Assembly (NCBI GenBank): GCA_964521715.1
Contig: CAZFSS010000001.1
Span: 26,802 to 90,801 of the forward strand
Origin: an uncultured candidatus Brocadiaceae bacterium
GTDB taxonomy: Bacteria; Planctomycetota; Brocadiia; SM23-32
Length of the DNA stretch: 64,000 nt
Direction of reading: 5' to 3'
Shown: positions 24,658 to 34,363 of the stretch, piece after piece
How the letters are laid out: the number at the start of each line of letters is the position of its first letter
Numbering within the stretch: the stretch's first letter is position 1
Translations under genes and position numbers: made by a program
Notes under the pieces: model-generated
Seen by the model: the letters and a program-made list of their open reading frames with translations, nothing else
What the model was told of the DNA's origin: nothing
Database searches by the model: none

Positions 24658-27308
24658 TAACGGCTTTCGCGGTTCTGCTTGAGCCGCTCGATGATGTCGT
24701 TGAGCTTGTTGAGCGCTTCCAGCGGCGTCATGCCGCTCGTGTCGAGCGCGAGGAGCTCGTCCCTGACCTCCGCGTCGAGCGGCTTGAACAGCGGCATCTG
24801 GAGGTGGCGGGGCTCGGGGCCGCCAGCCCTCCTGTCGGCGGTCGACGGCTGCCTGGGGGCGAAGCGCGGCTCGTCGTTGGGCCCGACGGCGTTCTCCTCC
24901 AGGTGCTGAAGGATGTCCCGCGAGCGCTCGAGCACTTCGGCCGGCACTCCCGCCAGCCTGGCCACGTGGATGCCGTAGCTGCGGTCCGTTGCGCCAGGGA
25001 CGACGCGGTGCAGGAAGACGACCTCGTTCTGCCACTCGCGCACGGCCACGTTCAGGTTGCGCACGCCCTCGCAGACCTGTGCGAGTTGGGCCAGCTCGTG
25101 GTAGTGGGTGGCGAAGAGCGTTCTGGCGCCGATGCGATCGTGGACGTATTCGCCGGTGGCCCAGGCGATGCTGACGCCGTCGAAGGTGCTCGTGCCGCGG
25201 CCGACCTCGTCGAGGATGATGAGGCTGCGGTCGGTGGCGCTGTTGAGGATGTTGGCGACCTCGATCATCTCGACCATGAAGGTGCTCTGGCCCCGGCGCT
25301 GCTCGTCGCTGGCGCCGACGCGGGTGAAGATGCGGTCGACCAGGCCGACGGTCGCCTCGGCCGCCGGCACGAAGGAGCCAATCTGGGCCATCAGGACGAT
25401 GAGGGCCGTCTGCCGGATGTAGACGCTCTTGCCGGACATGTTCGGGCCGGTGATGACGAGAAGGCGCACCTGCTCGCCGTCCATCTCGATGTCGTTGGGC
25501 ACGAACTGCTCGTCCAGGATCCGCTCCAGCACGGGATGGCGCCCGTCCCTGATGCGCAGCGTGCGGTCCGCGGTCAGCGTGGGACGGACGTAGCCGTTCT
25601 CGTCCGCAACCGTCGCCAGCGAGACGAGCACGTCCAGGGCGGCCAGGGCTTCCGCCGTCCTCTGGAGCCTTTCGGTGTGCGAGCTGACTTGCTGGCGGAC
25701 CTGCTGGAACAGCTCGTATTCCAGCTCCTTGGCCCGCTCGCCCGCGCCCAGCACGGCGGACTCGCGATCCTTCAGCTCGGGCGTGATGTAGCGCTCGGCG
25801 TTCTTCAGCGTCTGCTTGCGGATGTAGTGCGCGGGCACCTTGTCCCGGTGGGTGTTGGTCACCTCGATGTAGTAGCCGAACACCTTGTTGAAGCCGACCT
25901 TGAGCGAGGGGATGCCGGTCCGTTCGGCCTCCTTTGCCTGGAGGTCGGCGATCCAGGTGCGGCCCTGGCGCCCGGTGCCGCGGAGCTCGTCGAGCTCCGG
26001 GTTGAATCCGTCCCGGATGATGCCGCCTTCCGTGATGACGGCGGGCGGGTCCGCCTTGATGGCGGAGGCGATCAGCCCTTCGACTTCGGGGATGGGGTCA
26101 ATGGCGGCGACCAGGTCCGCCAGCATCTGCGAGCCGACGCCGGCCGACTGCTCCTTCAGCTTGGGCAGGCGCGACAGGGATCGCCCCAGGGCGACCAGGT
26201 CCCGGGCGCCGGCGCGGGCGCAGTAGATCTTCGTCGTCAGCCGCTCGATGTCGTAAATGCTTTTGAGCTCGTTGCTTAGCGCATGGCGGCGAGGGCGGTT
26301 GCCGTGCAGTTCGGCCACGGCGTCCAGGCGCCGCTCGATCTCGTCGGCCTGGCGCAGGGGCGTAAGGAGCCAGCGCCTCAGGAGCCGCGCGCCCATCGGC
26401 GTGGACGTCCTGTCCAGCATTTGCAGGAGGCTGCCCTCCTGGCCGGCGCCGCGTATGGTATGGATGAGCTCCAGGCTGCGTTGCGTCGTGCTGTCGAGGA
26501 TCAGGTAACGCTCGCTGGCGAAGGGCTCTATCTTGCGGATGTGCCCGAGCGTGGTCTTCTGGGTCTCCTGCAGGTAGCAGAGCAGGGCGCCCGCGGCCCC
26601 GAGCGCCGGGCCCATGCCTTCGCATCCGAAGCCGTCCAGGCTGCGCGTGCCGAAGTGCCCGTTCAGCCGCCGCCGCCCGTCTTCCTGGTTGAACTCCCAC
26701 GGCGGGCGGCGCGTGATGAGGCAGCCCTCCGGCAGGCGCGCCCGGGGGGAGAGGCCGTCGCCCTCGTCCTCGCGCTCGACGCGGGGCAGGAGGCACTCAG
26801 CGGGCGAGACGCGCTGCAGGCTGTCGCCGACCGCCTCGGGGGGCACTTCTTCAACCTCGAACTTGCCGGTCGAAAGGTCGACCCAGGCCAGTCCGGCCCT
26901 GGCGTCGCCGAGCGCGACGGCCGCCAGGAAGTTATTCGAGCGGCTGTCCAGCAGGTGATCTTCGGTCAGCGTGCCGGCGGTGATAACGCGCGTGACGTCC
27001 CGCTCCACGAGCCCGGTGGCCTCCGCCGGATCCTGCACCTGCTCGCAGATGGCGACGCGGTGTCCGGCCCGGATCAGGCGCTTGATGTAGTTCTCGGCTG
27101 CGTGGTGAGGGAAGCCGGCCATGGGCACGGCGTTCTCGCCTTTCTCGCGGCTGGTCAGGGCCAGGCCGAGGTCGCGCGCGCAGACCTGCGCGTCGTCGAA
27201 GAACACCTCGTAGAAATCCCCCATGCGGAAGAGCAGGATGGCGTCCTGGTGCCTTTTCTTGAAGGCCAGGTACTGCTTCATCACGGGTGTATGGGCCGGT
27301 TTCGCCAT
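24657..27308 (-). CDS. mutS: DNA mismatch repair protein MutS
   Basis: N-terminal TPVMKQYLAFKKRH...LLFRMGDFYE, Walker A GPNMSGKS, ST..DE; full-length (~884 aa) MutS1; ATG at 27306-27308 preferred over the upstream TTG track start. Confidence 0.95.
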   Translation of the reverse strand: MAKPAHTPVMKQYLAFKKRHQDAILLFRMGDFYEVFFDDAQVCARDLGLALTSREKGENAVPMAGFPHHAAENYIKRLIRAGHRVAICEQVQDPAEATGLVERDVTRVITAGTLTEDHLLDSRSNNFLAAVALGDARAGLAWVDLSTGKFEVEEVPPEAVGDSLQRVSPAECLLPRVEREDEGDGLSPRARLPEGCLITRRPPWEFNQEDGRRRLNGHFGTRSLDGFGCEGMGPALGAAGALLCYLQETQKTTLGHIRKIEPFASERYLILDSTTQRSLELIHTIRGAGQEGSLLQMLDRTSTPMGARLLRRWLLTPLRQADEIERRLDAVAELHGNRPRRHALSNELKSIYDIERLTTKIYCARAGARDLVALGRSLSRLPKLKEQSAGVGSQMLADLVAAIDPIPEVEGLIASAIKADPPAVITEGGIIRDGFNPELDELRGTGRQGRTWIADLQAKEAERTGIPSLKVGFNKVFGYYIEVTNTHRDKVPAHYIRKQTLKNAERYITPELKDRESAVLGAGERAKELEYELFQQVRQQVSSHTERLQRTAEALAALDVLVSLATVADENGYVRPTLTADRTLRIRDGRHPVLERILDEQFVPNDIEMDGEQVRLLVITGPNMSGKSVYIRQTALIVLMAQIGSFVPAAEATVGLVDRIFTRVGASDEQRRGQSTFMVEMIEVANILNSATDRSLIILDEVGRGTSTFDGVSIAWATGEYVHDRIGARTLFATHYHELAQLAQVCEGVRNLNVAVREWQNEVVFLHRVVPGATDRSYGIHVARLAGVPAEVLERSRDILQHLEENAVGPNDEPRFAPRQPSTADRRAGGPEPRHLQMPLFKPLDAEVRDELLALDTSGMTPLEALNKLNDIIERLKQNRESR

Positions 27309-27514
27309 GTAAGGAGGGCCCGCCGAGGTGAATTCCGGGGACGCCGGCTGCAAAGATATAGGGAGCTTCTCACCTTGTCAATCGGCCCGCTCGCGAGCTG
27401 TCCCCGACCGGCGGGGGACGGGGCCCGGCAGGACGGTTGGAAAGCCGCCTGTGGCCGTGTTAGCATGCGGTCCGGACGCGGGACAGGTGAGACAGGCGGC
27501 CGGAGGCGGCTGGA

Positions 27515-27991
27515 TTGAGTCCGAGACGATGCCCGCAATGCGGCGCCGAGTGCGAGGGCAGGGCGCGCTTCTGCACGGCCTGCGGCGCCAGGCTTGCCGC
27601 AGGGCTTGCGGAACGGCTGAGGGTCGAGTACGAGGAGCAGGAGGAGCCCAGCGGCCCTGTGCTGCTGCTCTACTGGTTCCTGGACCTCTTTCCGGGCCTA
27701 ATGAGGCCCAAGGTGCTCATCCTCTCGATACTGGCGGTGCCCGTGGCGGCGGCGGTCGGTGTGCTGGGCCTGTTCATCACCGGCCTTGGGGCGGTGATCG
27801 CGGGCATGCTCATCGCCGGTTTCGCCCTGGTGATCTACTCCACGGCGGTGGCCTGGATGATCTACGGCGACCTGGCGGCGCCGTCCGAGGCGCTGGCCGA
27901 TTTCGACGGCAAGAGGTGGGTCGCCTTCCTGCTGCTGGCATTGGCGCCCATAGCGATCGGCCTGGCCCTGATTGGGGGCGGGGGGCCGTAG
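27515..27991 (+). CDS. zinc-ribbon membrane protein (hypothetical)
   Basis: N-terminal CPQCGAECEGRARFCTACG zinc ribbon followed by three TM helices; TTG start 8 nt downstream of a GGAGG; no in-frame ATG nearby. Confidence 0.5.
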   Translation: MSPRRCPQCGAECEGRARFCTACGARLAAGLAERLRVEYEEQEEPSGPVLLLYWFLDLFPGLMRPKVLILSILAVPVAAAVGVLGLFITGLGAVIAGMLIAGFALVIYSTAVAWMIYGDLAAPSEALADFDGKRWVAFLLLALAPIAIGLALIGGGGP

Positions 27992-28020
27992 GGCGCCGAA
28001 TGCTGACTCGCCGAATGTCG

Positions 28021-28049
28021 TTGACATGCGGGCGCCCGTGGCTTATACT
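28021..28049 (+). promoter_or_regulatory. sigma-70 type promoter of rplM-rpsI (TTGACA-17-TATACT)
   Basis: ttgaca tgcgggcgcccgtggct tatact about 60 nt upstream of rplM; coordinates +/-2. Confidence 0.5.
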
Positions 28050-28109
28050 TGGCCTTTTGCCTGCTACGGGGGCGCGGGTCTGGTTGTTGTTCCCTGCGGG
28101 TCATGTGCG

Positions 28110-28544
28110 ATGAAGACGCCATCTGCCAGAAAAGAAGACTTCGAGAACAACCGTCGCTGGTACCATGTCGATGCGAGCGGCAAGGTGCTGGGCCGCCTGG
28201 CCACGCGCGTGGCGACGGTCCTGATGGGCAAGGACAGGCCCGACTTCACCCGGCACGTGGACACCGGCGCATTCGTCGTGGTCACCAACGCGGAGAAGGT
28301 GGCGCTGACGGGCTCAAAGCGGTCCCAGAAGGTCTACAGGCACTACTCGGGCTATCCGGGCGGTCTGAAGGAGAGGTCCGTCGGCGAGCTGCTGGAGAGG
28401 CGGCCCGACTTCGTCGTGCGCGAGTCCGTCAGACGGATGCTGCCGAAGAGCAAGCTCGGCGCGAAGATGCTCAAGAAGCTCAAGGTCTACGCCGGACCGG
28501 CGCATCCGCATACGTACCACAAGCCGGAGGAGCTGGAGGTCTGA
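28110..28544 (+). CDS. rplM: 50S ribosomal protein L13
   Basis: WYHVDASGKVLGRLATRVA...KVYAG closely matches L13 family sequences. Confidence 0.95.
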   Translation: MKTPSARKEDFENNRRWYHVDASGKVLGRLATRVATVLMGKDRPDFTRHVDTGAFVVVTNAEKVALTGSKRSQKVYRHYSGYPGGLKERSVGELLERRPDFVVRESVRRMLPKSKLGAKMLKKLKVYAGPAHPHTYHKPEELEV

Positions 28545-28607
28545 GGCCCGGAGTGCCGCTTTGTCGTTCCGGGCAGCCTGCCGTCGAAGCCGAGAAAGAC
28601 AAGGGCT

Positions 28608-29000
28608 ATGCCGGGCATTTATGACTGGGGAACGGGACGCAGGAAGAGCGCCGTGGCCGCCGTGCGGATCAAGCCGGGCACGGGCGTCATCAAAGTCAAC
28701 GGCAAGGACATGGAGGGGTACTTCACGCGCGAGGACCATCAGCACACCATCCGCGAGCCCCTGCGCGTGACGCACAACCAGGGACGTTACGACATCTTCG
28801 TGCGCGTCCGGGGCGGCGGGATCACCGGCCAGGCCGGCGCCGTCCGCCTCGGCGTGGCGCGCGCCCTCCTTAAGAGCGATTCGTCCCTGCACGGCTCGCT
28901 GAGGGAGGAGGGGCTGCTGACGCGCGACAGCCGACGCGTCGAACGCAAGAAGTACGGCTTGCGCGGCGCGCGCCGTGCCCCGCAGTACAGCAAGCGCTGA
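28608..29000 (+). CDS. rpsI: 30S ribosomal protein S9
   Basis: GTGRRKSAVAAVRIKPGTG...RVERKKYGLRGARRAPQYSKR is the S9 signature C-terminus. Confidence 0.95.
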   Translation: MPGIYDWGTGRRKSAVAAVRIKPGTGVIKVNGKDMEGYFTREDHQHTIREPLRVTHNQGRYDIFVRVRGGGITGQAGAVRLGVARALLKSDSSLHGSLREEGLLTRDSRRVERKKYGLRGARRAPQYSKR

Positions 29001-29093
29001 ACGCCGCGAGGGTCCCGACTGCCGAATGAAACGGGCGCCCGGCGAGATGTCTCCCGCCGGACGCCCATGGCTTTGTACGGCTCGGCCTGCGGC

Positions 29094-29846
29094 CTATTCG
29101 GCCTCCAGTTCCGCGACGAGTTCGGGGGGCAGGCTGAAGTTCGAGTGGACGTTCGTCACGTCCTCGTTGTCTTCCAGTTCCTCCATCAGCTTGAGGGCTT
29201 TGAGGCCGTCATCGCGCGAGAGGTCGACGTAGGACTTCGGCACCATCGTCACCTGGGCCGATTCCCACTTCACGTTTGCGGCGCTCAGGGCGACCTTGAC
29301 GCGCTGGAGCTGCCTGACGTCGCAGCTCAGTTCATAGAGGTCCCCCTCCCTCTGGAAGTCATCGGCCCCCGCCTCGATTGCGATGTCGAACAGCTCGTCC
29401 TCGCTCCTGTCGTTGAGAGGCAGGAGGACCAGACCCTTCGTCTCGAAGCTCCAGGCGACGCAGCCGCTGGCGCCGAGCTCGCCGCCGTGGCTGCTGAGTA
29501 TCTTGCGCACTTCGGAGGTGGTGCGGTTGCGATTGTCGGTCAGCACGTCCACCATGACGGCCGCTCCGCCCGCGCCGTAGCCTTCGTAGCGCACGCCCTC
29601 CAGCTTGGTTCCTTCCAGCTCGCCAACCCCCTTCAGGATCGCCCGTTCGACCGTGTCCTTGGGCATGTTGGCGGCCCTGGCCTCCTCGATGGCGTACTTG
29701 AGCTCCAGGTTGAGGTCCGGGTCCTTGCCTGCCCTTCTGGCGGCGCTCATGATCTGTTTGGCGACCCGGCTGAAGACCTTGCCGCGCCTCTTGTCTTCCT
29801 TGGCCTTCTTGTGCTTTATGGTAGCCCAGTGTGAATGCCCCGACAT
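29094..29846 (-). CDS. YebC/PmpR family DNA-binding transcriptional regulator
   Basis: MSGHSHWATIKHKKAKEDKRRGKVFSRVAKQI is the canonical YebC N-terminus. Confidence 0.95.
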   Translation of the reverse strand: MSGHSHWATIKHKKAKEDKRRGKVFSRVAKQIMSAARRAGKDPDLNLELKYAIEEARAANMPKDTVERAILKGVGELEGTKLEGVRYEGYGAGGAAVMVDVLTDNRNRTTSEVRKILSSHGGELGASGCVAWSFETKGLVLLPLNDRSEDELFDIAIEAGADDFQREGDLYELSCDVRQLQRVKVALSAANVKWESAQVTMVPKSYVDLSRDDGLKALKLMEELEDNEDVTNVHSNFSLPPELVAELEAE

Positions 29847-30260
29847 GTTCCGCCCTTTCTATTGGCGAGTCGCTGCGACGGGTTGGGACGGACGGATGGG
29901 GGTCGAGCGGCTATGGGCCGTACGGTGGGGGCTTCTTCTTGCGCAGCACGGGCGGGAGCATAATCCCTGGACCCGTGACGGGCCGGTCCGTGACGTTCAC
30001 CGGTGGGCTTCCTTCCGATACGGTATTGCCAGCAGCATTATACAGCACGGATTGCCCGGCGCAAAGTGCGCGGCGGACGCCGGCGCCGCCCGCCCTGCCC
30101 GGGCGGCTTGTTCGCCCCTGCGGCCGGGGCGTATAATCCGCCCGTGGCCGCCCCACCCGAGCCCAGCCATGCCGCTTGAGGAATGCCAGAGGAAGCTGGC
30201 GAGGCGTGAACGCCCGCCGGATGCGGGCGCCGAGACGAAGCCGATAACGAGGGGTCCGAG

Positions 30261-30635
30261 ATGAGAGCCTTGCGGGCCGTGGTCGCACGCACCGGCCGGG
30301 CGCTCCTGGAGCGCGTAGAGGTCGCCGAAGTCGGCTGGCAGCGCGTCAGGGGGCTGATGCTCCGCAAGGAGCTTGCTGCGGGCGAGGGGCTCCTGATCCC
30401 GGGCTGCGGCAGCGTCCACATGTTCTTCATGCGGTTCCCGATCGACCTCGTCTACCTGGACCGTGAGGATCGGGTGGTGAAGATCGTGGACGGCATCAAG
30501 CCGTGGCGGCTTTCGGCGTGTCTGGGTGCGCGCTCGGTCCTGGAGATCGCGGCCGGCCGTGCCCGTGAGGTGGGGCTGCAGGTGGGGGACAGCCTGCGCT
30601 TCGAACGCCGCGCGGCTTCGTCCGACCGAGGTTGA
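30261..30635 (+). CDS. DUF192 domain protein
   Basis: GLMLRKELAAGEGLLIPGCGSVHMFFMRFPIDLVYLD matches the DUF192 (ACR, COG1430) pattern. Confidence 0.7.
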   Translation: MRALRAVVARTGRALLERVEVAEVGWQRVRGLMLRKELAAGEGLLIPGCGSVHMFFMRFPIDLVYLDREDRVVKIVDGIKPWRLSACLGARSVLEIAAGRAREVGLQVGDSLRFERRAASSDRG

Positions 30636-30680
30636 AGCCAGCAGGGAACGCGCCCGCCGGACTCCCGTGCCTCCCGGACT

Positions 30681-31745
30681 TCAGCCCTGGCCCTTTGACC
30701 AGTTCTCGGGCCTGAGGCCGCGGACTGCGGCGCCCGCCTGCCACATTTCGGAGTTTTTCATTTGGTCCAGTTCGGCCCGCAGCTTCTCGGCGTAGTCCGG
30801 AGCGCTATTGGCGTCGAGGACGATCTGGGTCTCGGTGCCGTCCTGGACTCTCTTGTAGAGCTCGTTGAAGACCGGCTCGACGGCCTTGCGGAACTTGTGC
30901 CGCCAGTCGAGGGCCCCGCGCTGCGCCGTCGTGCTGCAGTTGGCGTACATCCAGTCCATGCCGTTCTGCGCGATGAGGGGGATCAAGCTCTGCGTGGCCT
31001 CTTCGACCGTCTCGTTGAACGCCTCGCTGGGCGTGTGGCCGCGCTTGCGCAGCAGGTTGTACTGGGCCTCCATGATGCCGGCCAGGGCGCCCATCAGCAC
31101 GCCTCGCTCTCCCGTCAGGTCGCTCCAGACTTCCTTCTCGAACGTGGTGCGGAACAGGTAGCCGGACCCGACGGCGATGCCGATGGCCAGGCAGCGCTCT
31201 TGGGCGCGCCCCGTGGCGTCCTGGAAGACGGCGTAGCTGGAGTTGATGCCGCTGCCTTTGAGGAAGTTCTGTCGCACCGACCGGCCCGCGCCCTTCGGGG
31301 CGACCAGGATGACGTCCACGTCCTCGGGCGGCTCCACCCCGGTACGGTCCCGGTAGACGATGGAGAAGCCGTGGGAGAAGTAGAGGGCGTCGCCGGCCTT
31401 CAGGCACGGCTTCACCCTCGGCCAGCAGATCATCTGCGCCGCGTCGCTGACGAGGTACTGGACGATCGTTCCCTTCTCGGCAGCCTCCTCGATGGGGAAG
31501 AGCGTCTCGTCCGGCTCCCAGCCGTCGGCCAGGGCGCGGTCCCAGTCCCTCTTGAACTCGGGCGCCTGGCCGATGATGACGCTGAAGCCGTTGTCGCGCA
31601 TGTTCAGCGATTGCGCCGGGCCCTGGACGCCGTAGCCGATGACGCAGATGACCTCATCGTCGAGGACCTCGTGGGCCCTCTCCATCGTGAACTCCTCGCG
31701 TGTCACGACATCTTCGACGACGCCTCCGAAGTCGATCTTGGCCAT
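30681..31745 (-). CDS. ilvC: ketol-acid reductoisomerase
   Basis: ICVIGYGVQGPAQSLNMRDNG Rossmann motif and the C-terminal knotted domain typical of class I KARI. Confidence 0.95.
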   Translation of the reverse strand: MAKIDFGGVVEDVVTREEFTMERAHEVLDDEVICVIGYGVQGPAQSLNMRDNGFSVIIGQAPEFKRDWDRALADGWEPDETLFPIEEAAEKGTIVQYLVSDAAQMICWPRVKPCLKAGDALYFSHGFSIVYRDRTGVEPPEDVDVILVAPKGAGRSVRQNFLKGSGINSSYAVFQDATGRAQERCLAIGIAVGSGYLFRTTFEKEVWSDLTGERGVLMGALAGIMEAQYNLLRKRGHTPSEAFNETVEEATQSLIPLIAQNGMDWMYANCSTTAQRGALDWRHKFRKAVEPVFNELYKRVQDGTETQIVLDANSAPDYAEKLRAELDQMKNSEMWQAGAAVRGLRPENWSKGQG

Positions 31746-31982
31746 TGTCTCGCTCCCTCGGCAAGAGGCACGGGTTTGGGCGGAAGTCCTGGTCAGGCCA
31801 CACCCCCGCTGCGGCCGCCCGACGCGGTTTAGGCCGCGCGACGCGGTTTCGGCCGCGCAGCGCCGCTGCGGCCGCGGAAGGCCATTCTGTCCCGCCGGCG
31901 CCGGTTTTTCAAGGGCATCCCTTCGTTGCGGCTCCCGCGCGGATGTGCTCTAATCGGGGGACCACTCTCTGGAGGGGCCCGC

Positions 31983-33197
31983 ATGCCGAAGCGTAGGCGC
32001 AGCCCGGCAGCTGCACACACGATAGGCTACTTCGACTGCTTCAGTGGCATCAGCGGCGACATGTGCCTGGGGGCAATCGTCGACGCCGGCGTGCCGCTCC
32101 AGACGATACGGGACGCGCTGGCGGGCCTGCCGGTCTCTGGCTACTCGCTGGAGGCCGAGCCCGTCGTCCGGGGCGGCATCGCCGCCACGCAGGTGCAGGT
32201 GAAGCTGGACGATCACGAGCATCATCCCCATCGCGGCCTGGCCGACGTGCTGGACATCGTCCAAGGCGGCGCCCTGCCGGACGACGTGGCCGAGCGGAGC
32301 GCGGCCGTTTTCCGCAACCTGGCTGAAGCCGAAGCGAAGGTCCACGGCACGGACGTCGACAGCGTTCATTTCCACGAGGTCGGGGCCGTCGACGCCATCT
32401 GCGACGTCGTGGGCACGGTCGTCGGCCTGCGGGAGCTCGGGGTGGGGGCGCTGAAGTTCTCCACCGTCATGTTGGGCGGCGGCACGGCGCGGTCAGCCCA
32501 CGGCTTCCTGCCCGTGCCGGCCCCAGCCACGGCGGAGCTGCTCAAAGGGCTGCCCTCGGCGGGAGGCCCGGTCGACTTCGAGCTCACTACGCCGACCGGC
32601 GCGGCCATACTGAAGGCCCTGGGCGAGCCGTCGCCTCGATGGCCCCGGATGACGATCGACGCCGTGGGATACGGCGCGGGAAGCCGCGAGATCGGGGCGC
32701 TGCCCAACGTGCTGCGGCTGGCGCTCGGCACTGCCGAGCCGGCGGAGGGGACGGAAGCCGACTGCATCTGGGTGCTCGACACAAACCTGGATGACATGAC
32801 GGGCGAGGAGATCGGCTATTGCACCGAGAAGCTGATGGCCGCCGGCGCGCTGGACGTCTTCACGGCGCCGGTGCAGATGAAGAAGAACCGCCCGGGCGTG
32901 CTGCTCACCGTCCTTTGCGCGCCCGAGGCGCTGGCGGCCATGGAGGGCCTCCTGTGGAGGCACACTTCGACGCTCGGCGTGCGCCGTTGCCTGTGGCAGC
33001 GCTCCAAGCTGCGCCGGGAGACCGTGACAGTGCAGACGGCCTGGGGAGACGTGAGGGTCAAGGTCGCCTACCTGGGGGACGAGGCCGTCCGCCGTGAGCC
33101 GGAGTACGAGGATTGCCGGGCCCTGGCCGATGCCCACGGCGTCCCGCTGCGGGAGGTGAGCCGGGCGGCGGTCGCGGCGGCCGATGGCGGGACCTGA
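31983..33197 (+). CDS. larC: nickel-pincer cofactor biosynthesis protein LarC (DUF111)
   Basis: N-terminal GYFDCFSGISGDMCLGA, FHEVGAVDAICDVVG; typical ~400-aa LarC. Confidence 0.85.
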   Translation: MPKRRRSPAAAHTIGYFDCFSGISGDMCLGAIVDAGVPLQTIRDALAGLPVSGYSLEAEPVVRGGIAATQVQVKLDDHEHHPHRGLADVLDIVQGGALPDDVAERSAAVFRNLAEAEAKVHGTDVDSVHFHEVGAVDAICDVVGTVVGLRELGVGALKFSTVMLGGGTARSAHGFLPVPAPATAELLKGLPSAGGPVDFELTTPTGAAILKALGEPSPRWPRMTIDAVGYGAGSREIGALPNVLRLALGTAEPAEGTEADCIWVLDTNLDDMTGEEIGYCTEKLMAAGALDVFTAPVQMKKNRPGVLLTVLCAPEALAAMEGLLWRHTSTLGVRRCLWQRSKLRRETVTVQTAWGDVRVKVAYLGDEAVRREPEYEDCRALADAHGVPLREVSRAAVAAADGGT

Positions 33198-33299
33198 TCC
33201 CGGCCGCGCGGCGAGGCCTATGGCGACGCGCCCGGTGCCTTCCCGCCGTTCAATGCTGGGCTCCTGGCCGTTGCGGGCAAGGGCGAGCAGCCGGCGGAG

Positions 33300-34352
33300 C
33301 TACTGCCGCGCGCGCCGGCCGTAGAGCGCGGTCAGCACTCCCAGACAGAGGCCGCCCAGCCCCAGCCCGTAGACGTAGAGCAGGCCCCGGCTGATCAGGG
33401 CTACTGCGGCCGCTGCGTGCGCTTCCAGGCCGAAGGCCGCGCACAGGCCGATCATGGTCGTCTCCGCGAATCCCATCCCTCCCGGCACGAACGAGATGTC
33501 CGCCACGAAATCGGAGATCGTCACTATGACCAGCACCTTCAGGAAGCTCACGTTGACGCCGAGGGCGGCGAACAACACGAAATGCGCCATGTAGAAGAGC
33601 AGCCACGAAGCGCCCGAGATGAGGATGATCTTGGCGAGGGCCTTCGGGCTGCCGGCCGCGCGGGCCATCGGCGTGAGCACGTTGTCGAGCTTGCGGATGA
33701 CGTAGATCTCGAAGTGCTCGTAGTGGGGAAACAACCGGCGCAGGGACGTCAGCGTAGTGCTGTTGTACAGGGCCGGCAAGGCGCGGGCCAGCAGCCGCGA
33801 CTTGAGCCGGGCCTTCTTCTGGACGATCAGGCCGCCGGTCACGGCCCCGACGGCCAGCAAGAGGATTCCGCCGAGCGCTGCCTTGATGCCTATCGCCAGG
33901 GGGACTGAGAACAGGATGAAGACCAGTGACCCCAGAAGGAACACCATGAAGACGGCGCTGTTGCCGAGCTTGTCCACCAGCACCGTGCCCAGGTGTACGG
34001 TCTTCTCTCCTCCAAAGGCCCTGCTCATGTAGAAGGCCCGGATGGGTTCGCCGCCGACGCGGGCGCCGGGGGTAACCACGTTGCCGAAGACGCCGGCCAT
34101 GTAGATCGGCCAGAGCGCGACGATGCTCTTGCGGTCTTCCGGCTTCATCAACTGCTGCCACCGGAACGTCCAGAGCACGAAGACAGTCAGATGCAGTGAG
34201 GCCGCCGCCAGGATCGCCCGCGGGCTGACGCGCCGCATGGCCTCGATGATCCTGCCGAACCCGATGTGGGTGAGGACGACCCAGAGGAGGCCCACCACCG
34301 CGAGCACGGCCAACGCGTTTATGCCCGTCCAGAGGAAGGTGCGTCTGCCCAT
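33300..34352 (-). CDS. flippase-like domain / lysylphosphatidylglycerol synthase TM-region family membrane protein
   Basis: About 8 TM helices with the UPF0104-family arrangement; ATG at 34350-34352 (AGGA 9 nt upstream) or 34359-34361; the long GC-rich upstream part of the 558-aa track ORF is not coding. Confidence 0.7.
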   Translation of the reverse strand: MGRRTFLWTGINALAVLAVVGLLWVVLTHIGFGRIIEAMRRVSPRAILAAASLHLTVFVLWTFRWQQLMKPEDRKSIVALWPIYMAGVFGNVVTPGARVGGEPIRAFYMSRAFGGEKTVHLGTVLVDKLGNSAVFMVFLLGSLVFILFSVPLAIGIKAALGGILLLAVGAVTGGLIVQKKARLKSRLLARALPALYNSTTLTSLRRLFPHYEHFEIYVIRKLDNVLTPMARAAGSPKALAKIILISGASWLLFYMAHFVLFAALGVNVSFLKVLVIVTISDFVADISFVPGGMGFAETTMIGLCAAFGLEAHAAAAVALISRGLLYVYGLGLGGLCLGVLTALYGRRARQ

Positions 34353-34363
34353 GCTGTGCATTC

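Noticed and set aside
29001-29093. Intrinsic terminator between convergent rpsI and yebC
   Set aside because: GC-rich imperfect inverted repeats are present (cccggcgaga / tctcccgccgg) but no following T-run. This is not convincing as a Rho-independent terminator.
31790-31900. Short direct repeats considered as a CRISPR array
   Set aside because: There are only two 19-nt units, adjacent and without spacers of regular length, and no cas genes. No CRISPR array is present anywhere in the window.
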